A stretch of 64,000 nt of DNA from Chrysomallon squamiferum. Taxonomy: Eukaryota; Animalia; Mollusca. The position numbers and the translations under genes were made by a program. Below are positions 22,903 to 38,700 of the stretch, one piece after another (position 1 is the first letter of the stretch; every line of letters starts with the position of its first letter). The stretch covers positions 26,846,001 to 26,910,000 of the forward strand of contig CM022672.1 in NCBI GenBank assembly GCA_012295275.1. The letters are read 5' to 3'. The notes below the pieces were generated by a model. The model was not told the DNA's origin. It made no database searches and worked only from the letters and a program-made list of their open reading frames with translations.

Positions 22903-25900
22903 TGTGTATCCGTGCATTATGTGTTTACGTAGGTATTGATGTATACTAATACATATACCTCTATATCTATCATTCTGTCTTTCCTTATTTATCTACATCC
23001 ATCCACCCACATCCACACACACACACACACACACACACACGTACACACACACATACACACACGTACATACACTGAAAACAAATTATATTCAGCTTTAGTC
23101 ATGCTTTGTAATGTTATAGTCTCGTATCAAGTTCGCACTGGAAAGCTGAGCTGAGAAAACAATGATCGCTAATAATGATTTATAAATTAATAATAAAGCA
23201 CCATTACCAGGAGAAAGTTCATCCTAGTTAAAACATAAAGCCATATTAAACGAACGTTATTTTCAAACTAATGTAGTTAATGTCTTTTGCTACTTTATCG
23301 AAATTGAAATGGCTGGCTTTTTCACCGTATTAGACACAAGTGGCTGGCACTGCGTTTTATTCGCTTGTGGTGCCAGACCTTCTTTTTTTTATTTTTTTTT
23401 TTTCAGAGGTTTTTTTTTTTTTTTAAAAGAGGCTTCTGTGTGCGTCTAGATTTTTAAAATAAAAATATAGAGAGATAAAATTGCTTTCAGTTAATGGATC
23501 TCTTTCCTCAACCCGTTCTCTCTGCCCACTTTAATTGCCATTTTTTACTTCACAAGCGATTCCATTGATTAGATATGTTCCAAGCTTAACGAAAAAGTGC
23601 ATTAATGTACGTATTTCATCATCTTTTTATTTTATTTTACTATTATTATTATTCTTTTTTTTTTATAAATAACAGTACTGTTACTTTAGTAATACGAATG
23701 TATTTGAATTATAGCAAATGATGGATATAAATATGATATTTATGTCATGTGTTGATGCATGAATGATTGTGGAAATGTGTATGTGTCTGGATGAGCGTAT
23801 ATATATTGTCTGTATGTGTATATTTGGTTATTTTGTGTACGTGATGTACATGTAGTGTGTGTATGGGTGTATTTGCGTACGTTAATATTTAAGTGTCGAA
23901 ACTAATTTGGGATGGACTGTGAAGTGGGCTGAGTTTATATAATAAATTTTGTTAGATATTTTTAAATTATTAAAATCTGTTTTTCGATGGAAAACAGATT
24001 TTGTTTGTGTAGTTTGTCTGTTTCTATATCAAGATGTTGGTTTTATATAGAAAGAGAAAGCAAAACATTAATATGATTTGTGTACATTTTACTAATTTAT
24101 ATGACACAGACAAACTGAATAAACAAGGACAAATTGCTAAGCACCTACCAAAACGCACAGAGAAAACAAATACACATTTTGTTATTAATATGAAATCATC
24201 ATTATTACTTTTATTATTATAAAATTTATTATTAATATCATCATCGTCATTATTATTATTATTATCAGTATTATTATTATTAGCACAGAAAATAACTATT
24301 AAGCTCTAGTGATCTGCCATCTAAAATTCACATTTTAATTTTTTATAGTTTATTTTTTTTGTTACTATTAATGTTTATCACAATGATTACATTTTTTTAA
24401 TGTCTCTACGGCCCCATACTTGATTGATTGTTTCAACAATACGTTAGGTTGTCACCCGCCAGTAATTATATTAAGAAGATTAAATCCATTTCCCAAGATA
24501 TGTTTTCCAGGCTGATTGCATTTACTGTAATGAGATCACAAATTCGCATCTCTGTAGGGACAAAACATTTAATAAACATTTGGATCGTGTTTCATTTCAC
24601 AAAGAGCTCTTTCATTTTTCTTCTGTTTCACACGACAAATTAGAAATTCACGTTTTAGCTAGGTCAGAGCTTTTGACTTGCCGGAAGAGCGCTCGCCCGG
24701 TGCATGACGGTCCGCAAGATCGATTCAGTGCAGCGATTTCACTGCACTGTTTAAAATTCCTGAAACTGTTTTGTGATGAATTTCTCTTCTATAAATTATG
24801 CATGTAGCAACATTTTACTCCTTGTTCTAAGCTACTGGAATTTGCTTTTAATGTGAAACCCTACGCATTTCCTTTCCTTTGTCGTCGTTTTTTTCCAAAT
24901 AGATGTTTGTTTGACATCAAACAATCGTTAAGAAATAACATTCTAAAGTTCAGAAAGGTAATGGATATGTTTTTTTTTTTTTTTTTTTTAAATGTTGGAA
25001 GTAATTGGTATAAACAAACAGTGACTCTCGATGTACATTTTGCTGCTGTTTTCATCAAACACGTTACGAAAGAAAAAAGTTTTGCGGATTTTTTTTACTT
25101 GTAAATAAAAGATTCTGCCTTAATTTTATTCAGCTGTGTTTTCCTCCTTTATTCTTGATGCACTCATTTAACAAATCTCATTCTAAAAACAGCCGTAACT
25201 TTGAGTACCATTCGTACGATTAAGCCAAACAAATATAGCAGTAATAGTAGTAGTAGTAATAATAATAAAAAATTTATACATGAAAATTTCCATTGGGTAA
25301 TAAAGCAAGTAACAAGCTATTTAAAATAACTGGAACAGGATGAGACTGAAGATCGTATAATCTCCTCAGCACTTTATTTTATTTATTTTTATATTTGTCT
25401 GTCTGTCTATCTATACATCTATTTACTTTTAAGTGTGTTTGTTTGTTTGTTTGTTATTGCTCTCCAGTTAAAGTCTGTCTCCTGGTAAACATAAAAGAAT
25501 GAAAGAAACGGAAATGCATTTGCATTAACAAAATATTAATATTAAAACACTGGAGTCAGTGAAACACAAATTACCATAATCTGAAGACCACAGAAGAAGA
25601 CAAATGCAATTTTTTTTCATGAAATCAAAAACGTCTAAATGATCGATGATGTTAAGAAATGAGCAACGTAGTCCTCATCAAAATCTTGTTTTGTCACTGC
25701 AGATATTAAAAACGGCGCCACTAGACTCGCCTCTACCACTAAATCTACAAATTAATTGATATTATGCACACAAAATGCACGAAACTGCTCACAGCTGTGA
25801 CCACAGAAATTAACAGTCGCTGGTTCGTGAAAACCCTTTTATGTATTTTTCTATCTCTGTCTAATTACTTAAAGTTTTACAATCTTGTTATAGAAAAATC

Positions 25901-26181
25901 TCAGTTTTTTCCGTATCAGCTAATGACATTAGCTTGTTCTTTCTTCCTCTCTCAGTCTCTAGAATTAATATGAAACAACCTTCATCAGTTGATAAATTTT
26001 AGGAATTAATTATTTTATTACGAAAAAAAAAATAATAATAAGAAGAAGAAGAAGAAGAAAAAGAAATGCATGAACATTTTTTCATGGTAACCAAATGTTA
26101 ATTTTCTTCCAGTTGCCAAGCAAGATGAACAGATGTCCAAAGTACTTCGCTGATTTATTTAGCATCACCGAAATATTTTTA

Positions 26182-26263
<82 letters not shown>

Positions 26264-26413
26264 TAATAATAAATAATAATAATAATAATAATAGTATTAG
26301 TAATAGCAATAGTAATAATAATAGTAACAGTAATAATAGTAATAGTAATAGTAATAGTAATAATAATAATAGCAATAACAACAATAATAATGATAATAAT
26401 AACAGTAATAGTG

Positions 26414-26446
<33 letters not shown>

Positions 26447-26482
26447 GTAATAATAATAGTAGTAGTAATAATAATAATAATA
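26182..26482. repeat. Compound (AAT)n/(AGTAAT)n microsatellite
   Basis: Directly visible. It produces the poly-N/I/L/Y pseudo-ORFs in the track. Confidence 0.95.
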
Positions 26483-27777
26483 GAAGAAGATGGCAATGAA
26501 GAACAACTACAAAAACGACGATAATGATAACAACAATAAAGATGGTGGTAATAACGATGACAATACTATTGATGATGATGAAGATAACATAATATTAGAC
26601 ATACAAAATAAAGATCTATCAGCAGTGAGGCTATTAACTGATTGGAATATTTTCGTGAGCTTGTACCATTGTCTACATCATCGTTTTTACTACTACTTTT
26701 ATTTGCTTTGGCTTTCGGTAAAAAAAAACCTAAATTTTATTCATACCGCAGCACATAAGTACATTCAGAAGAATACTCCATAGAAGCTCACTAGAGCTGA
26801 ACATTTGAATTACCTACATACTTTTCTCTTTCCAAATCACATTAGCTATCATGGCCCTGCCTACATAATTATAAAGGCCATGACTTTTTTTCGAAATCCT
26901 GATGAAAACATAGATTAAATTTACTTTACTGTCATTATCCAGATGATAATTAGACGCATTAATATGTTATTCTCTGCCTACACAATCTAAATTACTGTTG
27001 TTTGTGTGTTTTTTTTTTTTTCAATCAGATTAGAATTACACGACAGTGGCTGATTATGCCTGATAACAACATAATATATAGTTTTTCAGAATGGTTGCTG
27101 TATTAAATATACACAGTCACGCCACCAATGCGAAATATTAGAGATAACTATTCAGCGATATCACACAGTACTGATAATCCACGCACAAAACACTACAATT
27201 ACTGAATCGTGTAATCGCTGTGTTGTTATTATTTCGTTTTGACTCACTGATAATAACCCTTTGATCTGACGAAATTAACAAAATAAATAGTATGGCGTCA
27301 ATTTTCTCTGTTCCATTCAATTAATTGCTGTACTTCGTTCCTTCGACGATATCGAACCAATTTGGGCCCTTTGGCGACCACGGCTTAGAAATCGTTTTCT
27401 CCTCGACTGTGCAAATTTAATAGATTCTACTTAATTGGTGTAATTTGGCAGATTACCACTCCGGACTTTTTGACAGCAGCTATACATACATTACGCCGAG
27501 AGAAAACTGTTTTAATTGGACTTCACGACAACACGGTCGAGTGTCGTTCGCTGGCTAAGAGCGCCGAAAATAATGGCGGAAAACATCGAGGAATAAATGA
27601 TGTTGATGAACGTTTGATTCGGGTTTTGTCGATCGCGGACACTGGTAAAAGATTTACACAGCTAATTTGTTTTTGTAAAGTGCCCTGATTCTTCGGAAGC
27701 ACCGTCGTCTCTCTGCAAGCTACGAGAAATTTACTTTAAACATGATCAAAGTAATGCGACTCGCAAGGGTTATTTAT

Positions 27778-27821
27778 CTAATTAGCATACTCCCATGATG
27801 CACTGCCGGCAGCCATAATTA
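27778..27821. promoter_or_regulatory. Composite motif copy 1: TAAT/octamer-like ATTAGCAT + ZNF143/Staf-like TCCCATGATGCACTGC + ATAATTA
   Basis: Ungapped 32/44 match to 50677-50720. Lies in a GC-richer island. Confidence 0.5.
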
Positions 27822-28554
27822 ACTTGCTAGTTCAGGCTTTCATAGAGGATAATGGAAAGGGTAAAAAAAAAACACAAAAAAACAACAACCGCCAGCTCAA
27901 AAACCCTGATGTTTGTGACATGTTAAGATATACCGGATGCTGTAACATGCGATCGAAAACATCTGTTTTTAATTAAATATTTGAGAAAAATGCTCTGGCT
28001 TCTTCCTTGTTTAATACAGTGTGATTTACTGTTGATTGGTCTTCCGCTGTTTAGAGCTCGATGTTCAGGGTCTATTTGATTTAATAAAAAGAAGCCTGTA
28101 AAGTGCGAGAATGTGTTAAATGCGACAGTCCGAGTTAAGAATGGCAAAGGTTTATAATCAACATTAATATCCAATAACACACACAACCCTCCCAGAATAC
28201 CACGGTCGTGTTAGGCGAATTAACAGTGCTTTGTGCTGTTACTTATATGAAAAGAAGAAGAAATTAATAAATGCTTGGTTTGAAAGCTTAACATTTCACG
28301 GGGGAGGGAATAAATATAGTACCAGTGCAGTTACAGCTTTTAGCAGCGGGCTTTTCTCATTAAAAGCGCGTTTCAATGCATGTTTGTATGAATGTATATA
28401 TGTTTGTATATATATGTTTTTATATATGTATGTATGTATTTATGTATGTATGTTTGTACGTGTGTCATAAAATTATTATCAGGAGTTAGGTATGTGTGCT
28501 AAATACGTTAACATATACGTATGTGTGTGTAGTGTGTGTGTGTGTCTCTCTCTT

Positions 28555-28605
<51 letters not shown>

Positions 28606-28932
28606 GGAAGGCACATTTTACGTAATCTGAATCGATTATAAGTACATGCTGTAATACGATATACGAATGCATCTACATAACCAGCGTGTGGAGCATCTAA
28701 GCTATATTAATAATTTTATAATAAGCATGTGCCAGTATAGTTTGTAATGAAACCTCTCATGTAGCAAGGTCGTTTCTTTTGTAACGCGTCTCTATCGACC
28801 AGCGTTTCATGATTAACGAATATCCAGTGCCAGCACTTAGTACAAATCACCGTCACGCTATTAGCTGTAAAGTGATACGTCTTTCACAACACAAACAACT
28901 CCGACAGCTTCACTTACCAAGCCGCTGGCAGC

Positions 28933-29370
28933 ATACGATGTTTACTACCGAGAGCTATAGCATACGATAATGTACTGTACTAAGGTAGGAACGTAATCCA
29001 CAATGATAGCTAGCGTATATAGTACAGTGGTAACGTACGATGTTTACCATGGAGAACGAAAGCTTACGATAAACTAAAGTACTAAGGTACAAACGTAACC
29101 CAGAGTTGTAGCATTGGGGATTATATATAGTACAGTGGTAACGTACTGTGTTTACCGAGAATGATAGCATGCAGTAATTAACAATGGTAAAGTACGAACG
29201 TAACCCAGAATGATAGCATAGGGTATACAATAAAATGATAACGTACTCTGTTTATCACCGATAACATACTATAAGGTACAGTGCCAAGGTACGACCTTAA
29301 CCCAGAATGATAGCTAGAGCTTATAGTACAGTAGTAACGTACGATGTTTATCACCGAGTAAGGTACGAAA
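28933..29370. repeat. Degenerate ~100-bp tandem repeat, ~4.3 copies
   Basis: Recurring blocks tacgatgttta, aaggtacgaacgtaacccagaatgatagc and atagtacagtggtaacg at ~100-nt spacing. Confidence 0.8.
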
Positions 29371-30813
29371 TTAACCGAAAGCGATACTATTTAGTATTTG
29401 AAACAGCGCTAACAAACGGCCTTCAGTGAGAGAGACAGCATAAGGTATGTGATACATTAACAAACATACGGTATATCCTATAGTTATAACGTACGGCATC
29501 ATAACGTGTAACATACGTACTGACGTGTTCATTAATTTAGACTGGTTATGGGCTCCATGATGAAAAGTGAGAACATACAGTGTATAGTGTGATAAAACTG
29601 TAGTGGACATCGAAAAGCAGTAATGAATAATGTTAACGTAATTCACAAAATACAAAATACAAACGTAGGAGATTAATGTATGTGATTAACATAGGTAACG
29701 TTTTGTAACGTAATGAAATAACGTACAAACAAGATAAATATATACCATTAATATGGACTGATAATGTATTGTTTAAAATAACGTAAACTGTGAACGTAGA
29801 GTGATTACGTGTGGTATTAAAGCATGGTCTTAAAATAGGACTTTAACGTATAAATATGATGGCGGAGGTAACGTACAGTATTTAATAATATCACTGGTTA
29901 CGTTCATCAGTTATGAACACTGGTAACGTATGATTTTTTACAAACTTTTATTATCGATTCTATTTTATTTTAACTCATGATGACAATTACTATGATTATA
30001 TTGACAGACAGACAGATAGACAGACAGACAGATAGATAGACAGATAAACTGATACACATACCGCTATACAGTGTTGATATATATTAGTTATGGACGGAGG
30101 TAATGCTAGACCAGTTTGTTTTCGGTCCCCAAGCAAATTATGTATCTTTGACGTATTATAAAAATCAAATAAAAACACAATAATAAAATAAAGTGAAATG
30201 AAGATGACACTGATTATTGTTGAGATAAAGCATGTTATTGTTTCACAGTACAGTGCAGTGAGATATCAAAAATAAATAAATAAAATAAAATAGAATAAAA
30301 TAAAATGAAATAAAATTTATAAAGTATATAAAATAAGAAGAAAAAGTTAAAAAAAAAAATAAAAAGGAAAAGAAATGAAAGAATTTTAAATAAAATAAAA
30401 AGGATTAAAGTAATGAACAACCAATTAAGATAAAAATAAAAAAAAATATAATAAAAATAAAAATTTAAATAAAACAGTGTCAAAACTATACAGTCATATA
30501 TGTTATTTATAACGTGTTAAGCGTTACTCTGTTAAAGGAAATTATACGTGTATCTCACATAATAAAATATATTCAAAACTGTAAAAACATTCCCCCATGG
30601 AAAACCGATCCCACGAATTTCCTTTCGTGATTCTTTGACATATGTAAATCCTGGATAAACTGAAATATATTTTTATAGTTTCTAATACGTTAAACACCTA
30701 CCACACATACGGATACACACATAGATACAAATATTCGTACGTACATACATACGTATATACATATGTAAGTACATACACACGTACATACATATATATTGTG
30801 TTTTATAAAATTA

Positions 30814-30848
<35 letters not shown>

Positions 30849-31797
30849 CAGCTTGGAGGGTTTTATATCTTGTTCCAACAGACAAGGGGGAAAATACTGC
30901 ATCATTTTATAAATCATTCACGAAGTAGAATTGGGTAGAACGGAAAATAACAAATAATGGGACCAAATGGGATCGATCGTGCAATCTACTACGCCATAAT
31001 CCCTTGCCAATCCCTTGCCAATCCCTTTCAAAGGGAGGACACTGTACATAAAATGGCTGTGTTGTTAATAAATACAGCTACAATTCGATCTCATCAACTT
31101 ACTGATTATTTTTCTCTATTCATCAACATTAAGCCTTCACCATTAAAGACCATTATAAACGATAAAAATTAGGAAGTAATTTCAACATTATTTTTGGCAA
31201 TTGCAATATAACGTCCTCTTATTTTTATTACACTTATTTTTATTTTTTTATTTTTTTTTTTAACTCTCTCTGCGTATAAAGGTAATTATGTGGCGTTCAA
31301 ATTGACTTTTCTAGCCAAATGGTCAGAAACAATGGAAATTCTGCGGAACAGAACAAAACGAGAAAGAATTGCAATTCGGCACGTTTGTGTGAAAGAAAAA
31401 GAAATATTGAAGACCGTTAATGGAAGCTGATTATAAAGTTGGGTCGTGTCTTTTTCTTAAGAGAGACATTATAAAGAAAGGTTGTTGTTTTTTATTATTA
31501 GGGAAAGAAATAAAGAGAATTATTTAATGATTTTAAATTATAACGGTCAGTATAAATCCACAAAAAACAAAAGGAAAAAAAAATTAAACATTATATACAT
31601 ATGGACACGTAAACACAGACAACAAAGCCTTAGATACATGTAAACACCGATATACAAAGAGCCCATAACATAATATACACGAATAAAAAGTACAATAATT
31701 TATTTCCTGGGTTTTAGAAAAGACAACATCTTTTAACATATTTTTAAAAGTATGGGGAAAAAAATTGAAAAACAAACTAATAATAAATCCTGAGTAA

Positions 31798-31870
<73 letters not shown>

Positions 31871-32084
31871 TAATGATGATGATTATGGTTGTGGTTGGGT
31901 AGTGGTGGTAGTGGCTGTGGTGGTTTTGATGATAATGATGTCGATGACGATGATGATGATGATAGTGGTGCTGATAATGATGATGATGATGGTGATGATG
32001 ACAACGATAATCACAAAAAAAAAAAAAAGAAAAAAATTCATATATTATTAATTGAAATATTCGGTTTGTTTTATTTTATTTGGT

Positions 32085-32120
<36 letters not shown>

Positions 32121-32387
32121 CTACCTAAGTATTACTTACCACAGAGATATATCAGTGTTATAAGGACAACGGCATGTAGATCTCTACTAATCATATCAGT
32201 TACAGTAAGAAGCGTCAGATGAACGCCTACTGATATATATACATTGCTGATTAAAATCAGATATTAGTGTCACAGTATATCATAATACTTAAATCAGTTA
32301 TAACCTTTTCAAGAAATCTTCTCCGAAAAAAAAAAAATAATAATAATAAAATAAAATAATAAATTTGGTGGAATTATAAAGAATACA

Positions 32388-32409
<22 letters not shown>

Positions 32410-32418
<9 letters not shown>

Positions 32419-32518
32419 GAAGGGAATACGTTATTGTTTCTGAATTACAAAGAGAAAAGAAAAATTTATTTCAGAATCAAAAATAAATATTTTCGTGAAA
32501 TTATATTTTTTGTATGTA

Positions 32519-32557
<39 letters not shown>

Positions 32558-32900
32558 TCGGAATTATTTACCCCCAAAAATGTTCTGTTAATTTTCTATG
32601 AAATACAATGAAATATTTTATTCTAATTACATTATATATAAAAAAAAATTATAGGAATTACATAGAATAAACATTTTCTTGAGAGTACCCTAAGCAAAAT
32701 GTGAAATCAGAATTTCTAAGAAAAAAATATTTTCTTGGAATTACAAATAAATATTTATAAAAGGTATTTTCTAGGAATTACAAAGAAATATTTATAAAAA
32801 GTTTTTTCTAGAAATTTTGTCGAAAATATATTTTCTCGGAAGTATGTAATTTCTAAGAACAATCAGCATTCCTGGACTTACTTAGAAAAATATTTTCAGT
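32410..32900. repeat. Highly degenerate AT-rich tandem repeat (aaaatattttct..gaattac motif)
   Basis: gaatt/ggaattac preceded by atattttct recurs roughly every 25-40 nt. Confidence 0.5.
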
Positions 32901-33501
32901 TTTTCTTTTATGAACTGAAAAATTAAAATAACTTTAAAAAAAAACGAAACATTTTCATGTGTATTTTTAGTGTGGAAGAAAGCAGTCATTAAAAGATTTT
33001 TCTATAATTGCCTGGTCCATATCCTTACTAATGGCTTTCTCACAATACTGAATTATGGCCGATCTCGAAATCGATAATTTTAATAACTGAAACAAACTAA
33101 AGGCAACATGGGAAATCATAAAAAGTGCCACTTTAAATTATTGTCAACTTATTCTAGAAAGATGTGCGATTCAGTTTGTACAGAGAGTAAATGGGGTCGG
33201 AAGAATTACGAGCGACTGTAACATCGAATGAAAGTTATCTTCTTTTCTTAAACCATTTTTAATATTAATATATTGATTAACAGTAATTTAATACACTTCA
33301 TTTGATAATTTTAAATAATATATAAAGGGTGTGTCTTTGTTTTCTACATATATTTATATCTGTCTCCTTGGATACTGATATTTGTATGGCACTGATGTTC
33401 TATGGCAATCGCGATTACAGATGTTTAATACATGAGACTGATATATTTTCAAAAGTAACAACAAAGGAAAAAAGTATTAATAAAATGAAGTAATAAAAAT
33501 G

Positions 33502-33577
<76 letters not shown>

Positions 33578-35446
33578 TGACAAATGGAAAGCGCAGAAGA
33601 GAAGCAGTTTATTATGAAAAACAAAATCTGAAGTTTTGTAACGAGTAGAAATAAAAATCATAAAATTCAAGAACTAGTTATCAATTTGTAGTAACATATG
33701 TATATCATGTCCATCACGAAGTAAATTAATAATGTTTTCGTTTGTTTTCTCTCTTTTCCCCTCAAAACACTTCATTTAATACAATTTTTCTTTTGCTTAG
33801 TTTTTTGGAAGGGTTGAGAATTATTCGAAAAACGCATTTAGAAAATTGAATTACATAAAAAGGAAATTTTTGCTTTTAAAAACCTAATCAATTTGTTTCC
33901 ACCATTTCATTTCGTTTTCCGCATAATTATTTTCGTTTTTATGCTGAACTAAGTTTATTGCACTACACAAGTTCGTCATTTCATGACGACAGTCTGCACA
34001 CTTTTATCTTCCATTTTGGTTCTGAAATGGAACGAAATTTATGAAATCTCTCCTGTTTTTTCTTCTTTTATTTCTCCTTTTTCTTTTTTTTTACCGTGTT
34101 GAAAAATAACATACAGAAGATAATTGTTAGATTTTTATTGTTGTATGTTCGCTGTCATTAAAACTCTTCATCATCGTTTTTATTATCTTTTTTAACATTG
34201 TGATTATTTTATTTATAATAAATATACTTTTTTCTATATCATCAACGTTGTCAAGTTTATTATCGATTATATTTACATAATGCCATTATTAGTTTATGAT
34301 AATTATTATTATTTGATTAGGAGATCAGAATTAATGATTGTGATGAAGGTAGTAATCATCATCATCATCTCATAACAATTATTATATCATCATTATCATC
34401 ATCATATTCGTTTCTCTAATTATTTTCATAGTCGGGTTGCTCTTATTGTTCTAGTTCTCGTAATCTTCTTGTTTTCTTCCATTTTCTTCATTTTCGAAAA
34501 AATCTTTTCTTCTTCTTCTTCTTCTTCACCTTAATCGCCATTATTTAATTCATCTAGATCTTCCCATTATCATTTTTCCTCTAGTTCCTTTCACAGACGT
34601 CAATAACCTAATCGCTCTGATATCTTTATTCAAACCTAAGACGAAAACAAAAACAAAAAAGTGTCGCAATCCATTCACTTTCTTCTTCTTCTTTTTTTTT
34701 TTTTGTTTCCCTCTACTTCCCAAGAAGCATCGTCTCCTGGTTACAAATGTCTGCACGTTGTTCGGAGTCACGTCATTTCATGCCTGAAAGATCTGTTCCC
34801 CATTATTGTCATTGTCTCTCTCTGTCTCTCTACACTGAACGACAATTAATACCATAAAGCAATCTCGAATCAAGACCCTATTACGACTGAAAAGCCAAAG
34901 ACAAGTAAAAGTGGATGTAATGGAAGGAGATAAAAGGAAATCAAGATGCACTTAGAAACGTCAGAATTATCGACTGCTAATAGTCGTCTACTATACAACA
35001 CTAATGCACTTCCGCACATTCCAGCAAGGCGGTTGTTAGACGGGTGTTTTTATGCGACTTTTGAGAGACCTAGCGAAAGGTGGTCGGACGTTTTACAAGC
35101 TTTTAGCACCACTTACGGATTATGTTCGCTAGGATCATACAGTGCGAAACGTTTTTCTAACCAGTTCTTAATTGTCTTCATTATTCAGAAAAGCATCTTC
35201 TGATTCTCAAAACTCTGTTTCTTTTTTGTTTTGCTTTTTTTTTTCTTGGCCTTTTCTTTTTCTTCTTTTTAAAGAAAAATTATTTTTATAATTTATTCTT
35301 TGTTTTTCTCTTTTTTTTTTTAAGCTTTTATAAAGAAATCTCTATGTTGTTACGTTTTTATAACTTTTTCTTTCGTTTTCTTCTTTTATTATTATTATTT
35401 TTCTTTCTTAATTTTAAAAAAATCTATATTTCGTTGTTATTTTTCT

Positions 35447-35487
<41 letters not shown>

Positions 35488-35700
35488 TATATATATATAT
35501 TTATGTTAATTTTTTGGTTTTAATCTTTATTTTGTTGTGTTTATAACTTATTCTATGTTAATCTTGTTTCATTTTCTTCCCGCCATAATTTAAGAAAATA
35601 ATCTTTGTTATTATGTTCACTTGATTATGTGAAAAAATCTTGTCATTTTTGTTGACTAAGATTCACTAAGAGTTCTATTTGGAAATAAATCTAATGCTAG

Positions 35701-38700
35701 ACGTACACAGTACAAGTAGTAACAGAGTACACGTAGTAACATTACACGCAGTAACACAGTACAAGTAGTAACACAGTACACATAATAACACAGTACACGT
35801 AGTAACACTCTATAAGTAGTAAACAGTACCCGTAGAAACACTCTACAGGTAGTAACACTCTATAAGTAGTACACGGAACACGTAGTAAGACAGTAAAGAC
35901 TAACACAGTACACATGGTAACACTCTACACGTAGTAAAACAATACACGTACTAACACTCTACACGTAGTAACATTCTACACGTAGTAACAAAGAACACGT
36001 ATTATGCAGTACACGTAGCAACACAGTACAAGTAATAACTGAGTACACGTAGTAACACAGTACAAGTAGTAACACACTACACGTAGTAACACAATATACG
36101 TAGTAACACTCTAAAGTAGTAACAGAGTACACGTTGTAACACTCTATAAGTAGTACACAGAACACGAAGAAACAGAGTAAAGTAGTAACAGAGTACACGT
36201 AGTAACACAGTATACGTTATAACACTCTAAAAGTAGTAACACAGTACACGTAGTAATACAGTACAAGTAGTACCAAGAGCACACATAGTAACGCAGTACA
36301 CGTAGTAACACAGTATACGTTATAACACTCTACATGTAGAAATACAGTACAAGTAGTACCAGAGCACACGTAGTAACACAGTAAATTAGGAACAGAGTAC
36401 ACGTAGTAAGAAAGTATACGTTACACCACTATACACGTAGTAACACAGTAAAGTAGTAACAAAGAACACGTAGCAACAGAGTACACGTATTAACACAATC
36501 CACGGAGTAACACTCTACACGTAGTAACATTCTAAAGTAGTAACAGAGTACACGTAGTAACACAGTATACGTTATAACACTACATGTAGTAACACACACA
36601 GTATACACGTAGTAACACTCTGTAACAAAGAACACGTAATATGCAGTACACGTAGAAACACCAGAGCACACATAACAACCACGGTAACACGTTGTAACAA
36701 AGAACACGTAGTATGCAGTACACGTAGAAACAGTACAAGTAATAACAGTACACGTATTAACACTGTCCACGGAGTAACACTCTATAAGTAGTATACAGTG
36801 CACGTAGTAATACAGTGCACGTAGTAATACAGTACAAGTAGTACCAGAGCACACGTAGTAACACAGTAAAGTAGGAACAGAGTCAGGTAGTAACACAGTA
36901 TACGTTATAACACTCTACATGTAGTAACAAAGTACACGTAGTAACACTCTACACGTAGTAAAACAGTAAAGTAGGAACAGAGTACACGTAGTAAGACAGT
37001 ATACGTTACACCACTCTACACATAATAACACTCTATACGTAGAAACACAGTACACGTAGTAACACTCTACACATAGTAAAACAGTACACGTAGTAGCAGA
37101 GTACACATAATAAATAACACAATACACATAGTAACACAGTACACGTAGTACACAATACACGTAGTATACAGTATAAGTAGTAACAGAGCACACTTAGTAA
37201 CACACTCCACGTAGTAACAGAGTACACGTAGTAACACTCTACACGTTGTATCACAGTACAAGTACTAACAGAGTACACGTAGTAACACTGTACACGTAGT
37301 AACACAGTATAAGTAGTAACAAAGCACAGTAGTAACAGAGTACACGTAGTAACACAGTACAAGTAATAACAGAGTACACGTAGTATAAAGTGCAAGTAGT
37401 ATCCAGTGCACGTAGTAACACAGTAAGGCAGTAACACAATACAGGCAGTAAAACAGTAAAGTAGTAACAGAGTAGACGTAGTAACACGGTCCACGTAATA
37501 AAACAGTACACGTAGTAACACTACACGTAGTAAACAGTACAAGTAGTAAGAGAGTACACGTAGTAACACTAGTCCACGTAGAAACAGAGTACACGTAGTA
37601 TACAGTACAAGTAGTAACACAGTACACGTAGTAACACTCTACACGTAGTATACAGTAAAAGTACTAACAGAGTACACGTAGTAACACAGTCGACGTAGTA
37701 ACATTAATTCACGTAGAAAAACAGTACACGTAGTAACACAGTACACGTAGTAACACTCTAGACGTAGTATCACAGTACAAGTAGTGACAGAGTACACTTA
37801 GTAACACTGCATACGTAGTAACAAAGCACAGTAGTAACAGAGTACACATAATAACAGAGTATACATAGTAACACTCTACACGTAGTATATTGTGCACGAG
37901 GTATCCAGTGCACGTAGTAACACAGTACAGGTAGTAACACAGTCCACGTAATAAAACAGTACAGGTAGTAACAGAGTACTCGTAGTAACACTCTACACGT
38001 AGTATACAGTACAGGTAGTAACAGAGTACACGTAGTATACAGTACAAATAGTAACACTAGTCCACGTAGTAACAGAGTACACGTAGTAACACTAGTCCAC
38101 GTAGTAATACAGTAGAAGTAGTAACAGAGTACACGTAGTAACAGAGTCCATGTAGTAACATTAGTTCACGTAGTAAAACAGTACACGTAGTAACACAGTA
38201 GAAGTAGTAACAGAGTACACGTAGTAGCATTAGTAAAACAGTACAAGTAGTAACAGAGTACACACGTAGTAACACAGTACAAGTAATAACATAACACACA
38301 TAGTAACACTCTTCACCTAGTATATAGTGCACGCAGTAACACAGTCCACGTAATAAAACAGTACACGTAGTATACAGTACAAGTAGTAACACTAGTCCAC
38401 GTAGAAACAGAGTACACATAGTAACACAGTCACCGTAGTAACATTAGTTCACGTAGTAAAACAGTACACGTAGTAACACAGTACAAGTAGTAACAGAGTA
38501 CACGTAGTAACACTCTACACGTAGGAAAACTACACGTAGTAACACAGTACATGTAGTGACAGAGTACACGCAGAAACACTACAAATAGTAAAAGTAGTAA
38601 CACTCTACACGTAGTACACATTTGTGTAGTGACACAGTACAATTAGAACCAGAGTACACGTAGTAACACAGTCGATGTAGTAACACTAGTCCACGTAGTA

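Noticed and set aside
24727-24750. Small hairpin CAGTGCAG...CTGCACTG
   Set aside because: An 8-bp stem alone is expected by chance in 64 kb and is too short for a miRNA precursor.
26082-26783. Poly-N/I/L/Y ORFs (also poly-ER/SL ORFs at 4.8k, 6.3k, 11.6k, 13.8k, 57k and poly-L at 61.7k)
   Set aside because: These are simple-repeat translations with no coding signature.
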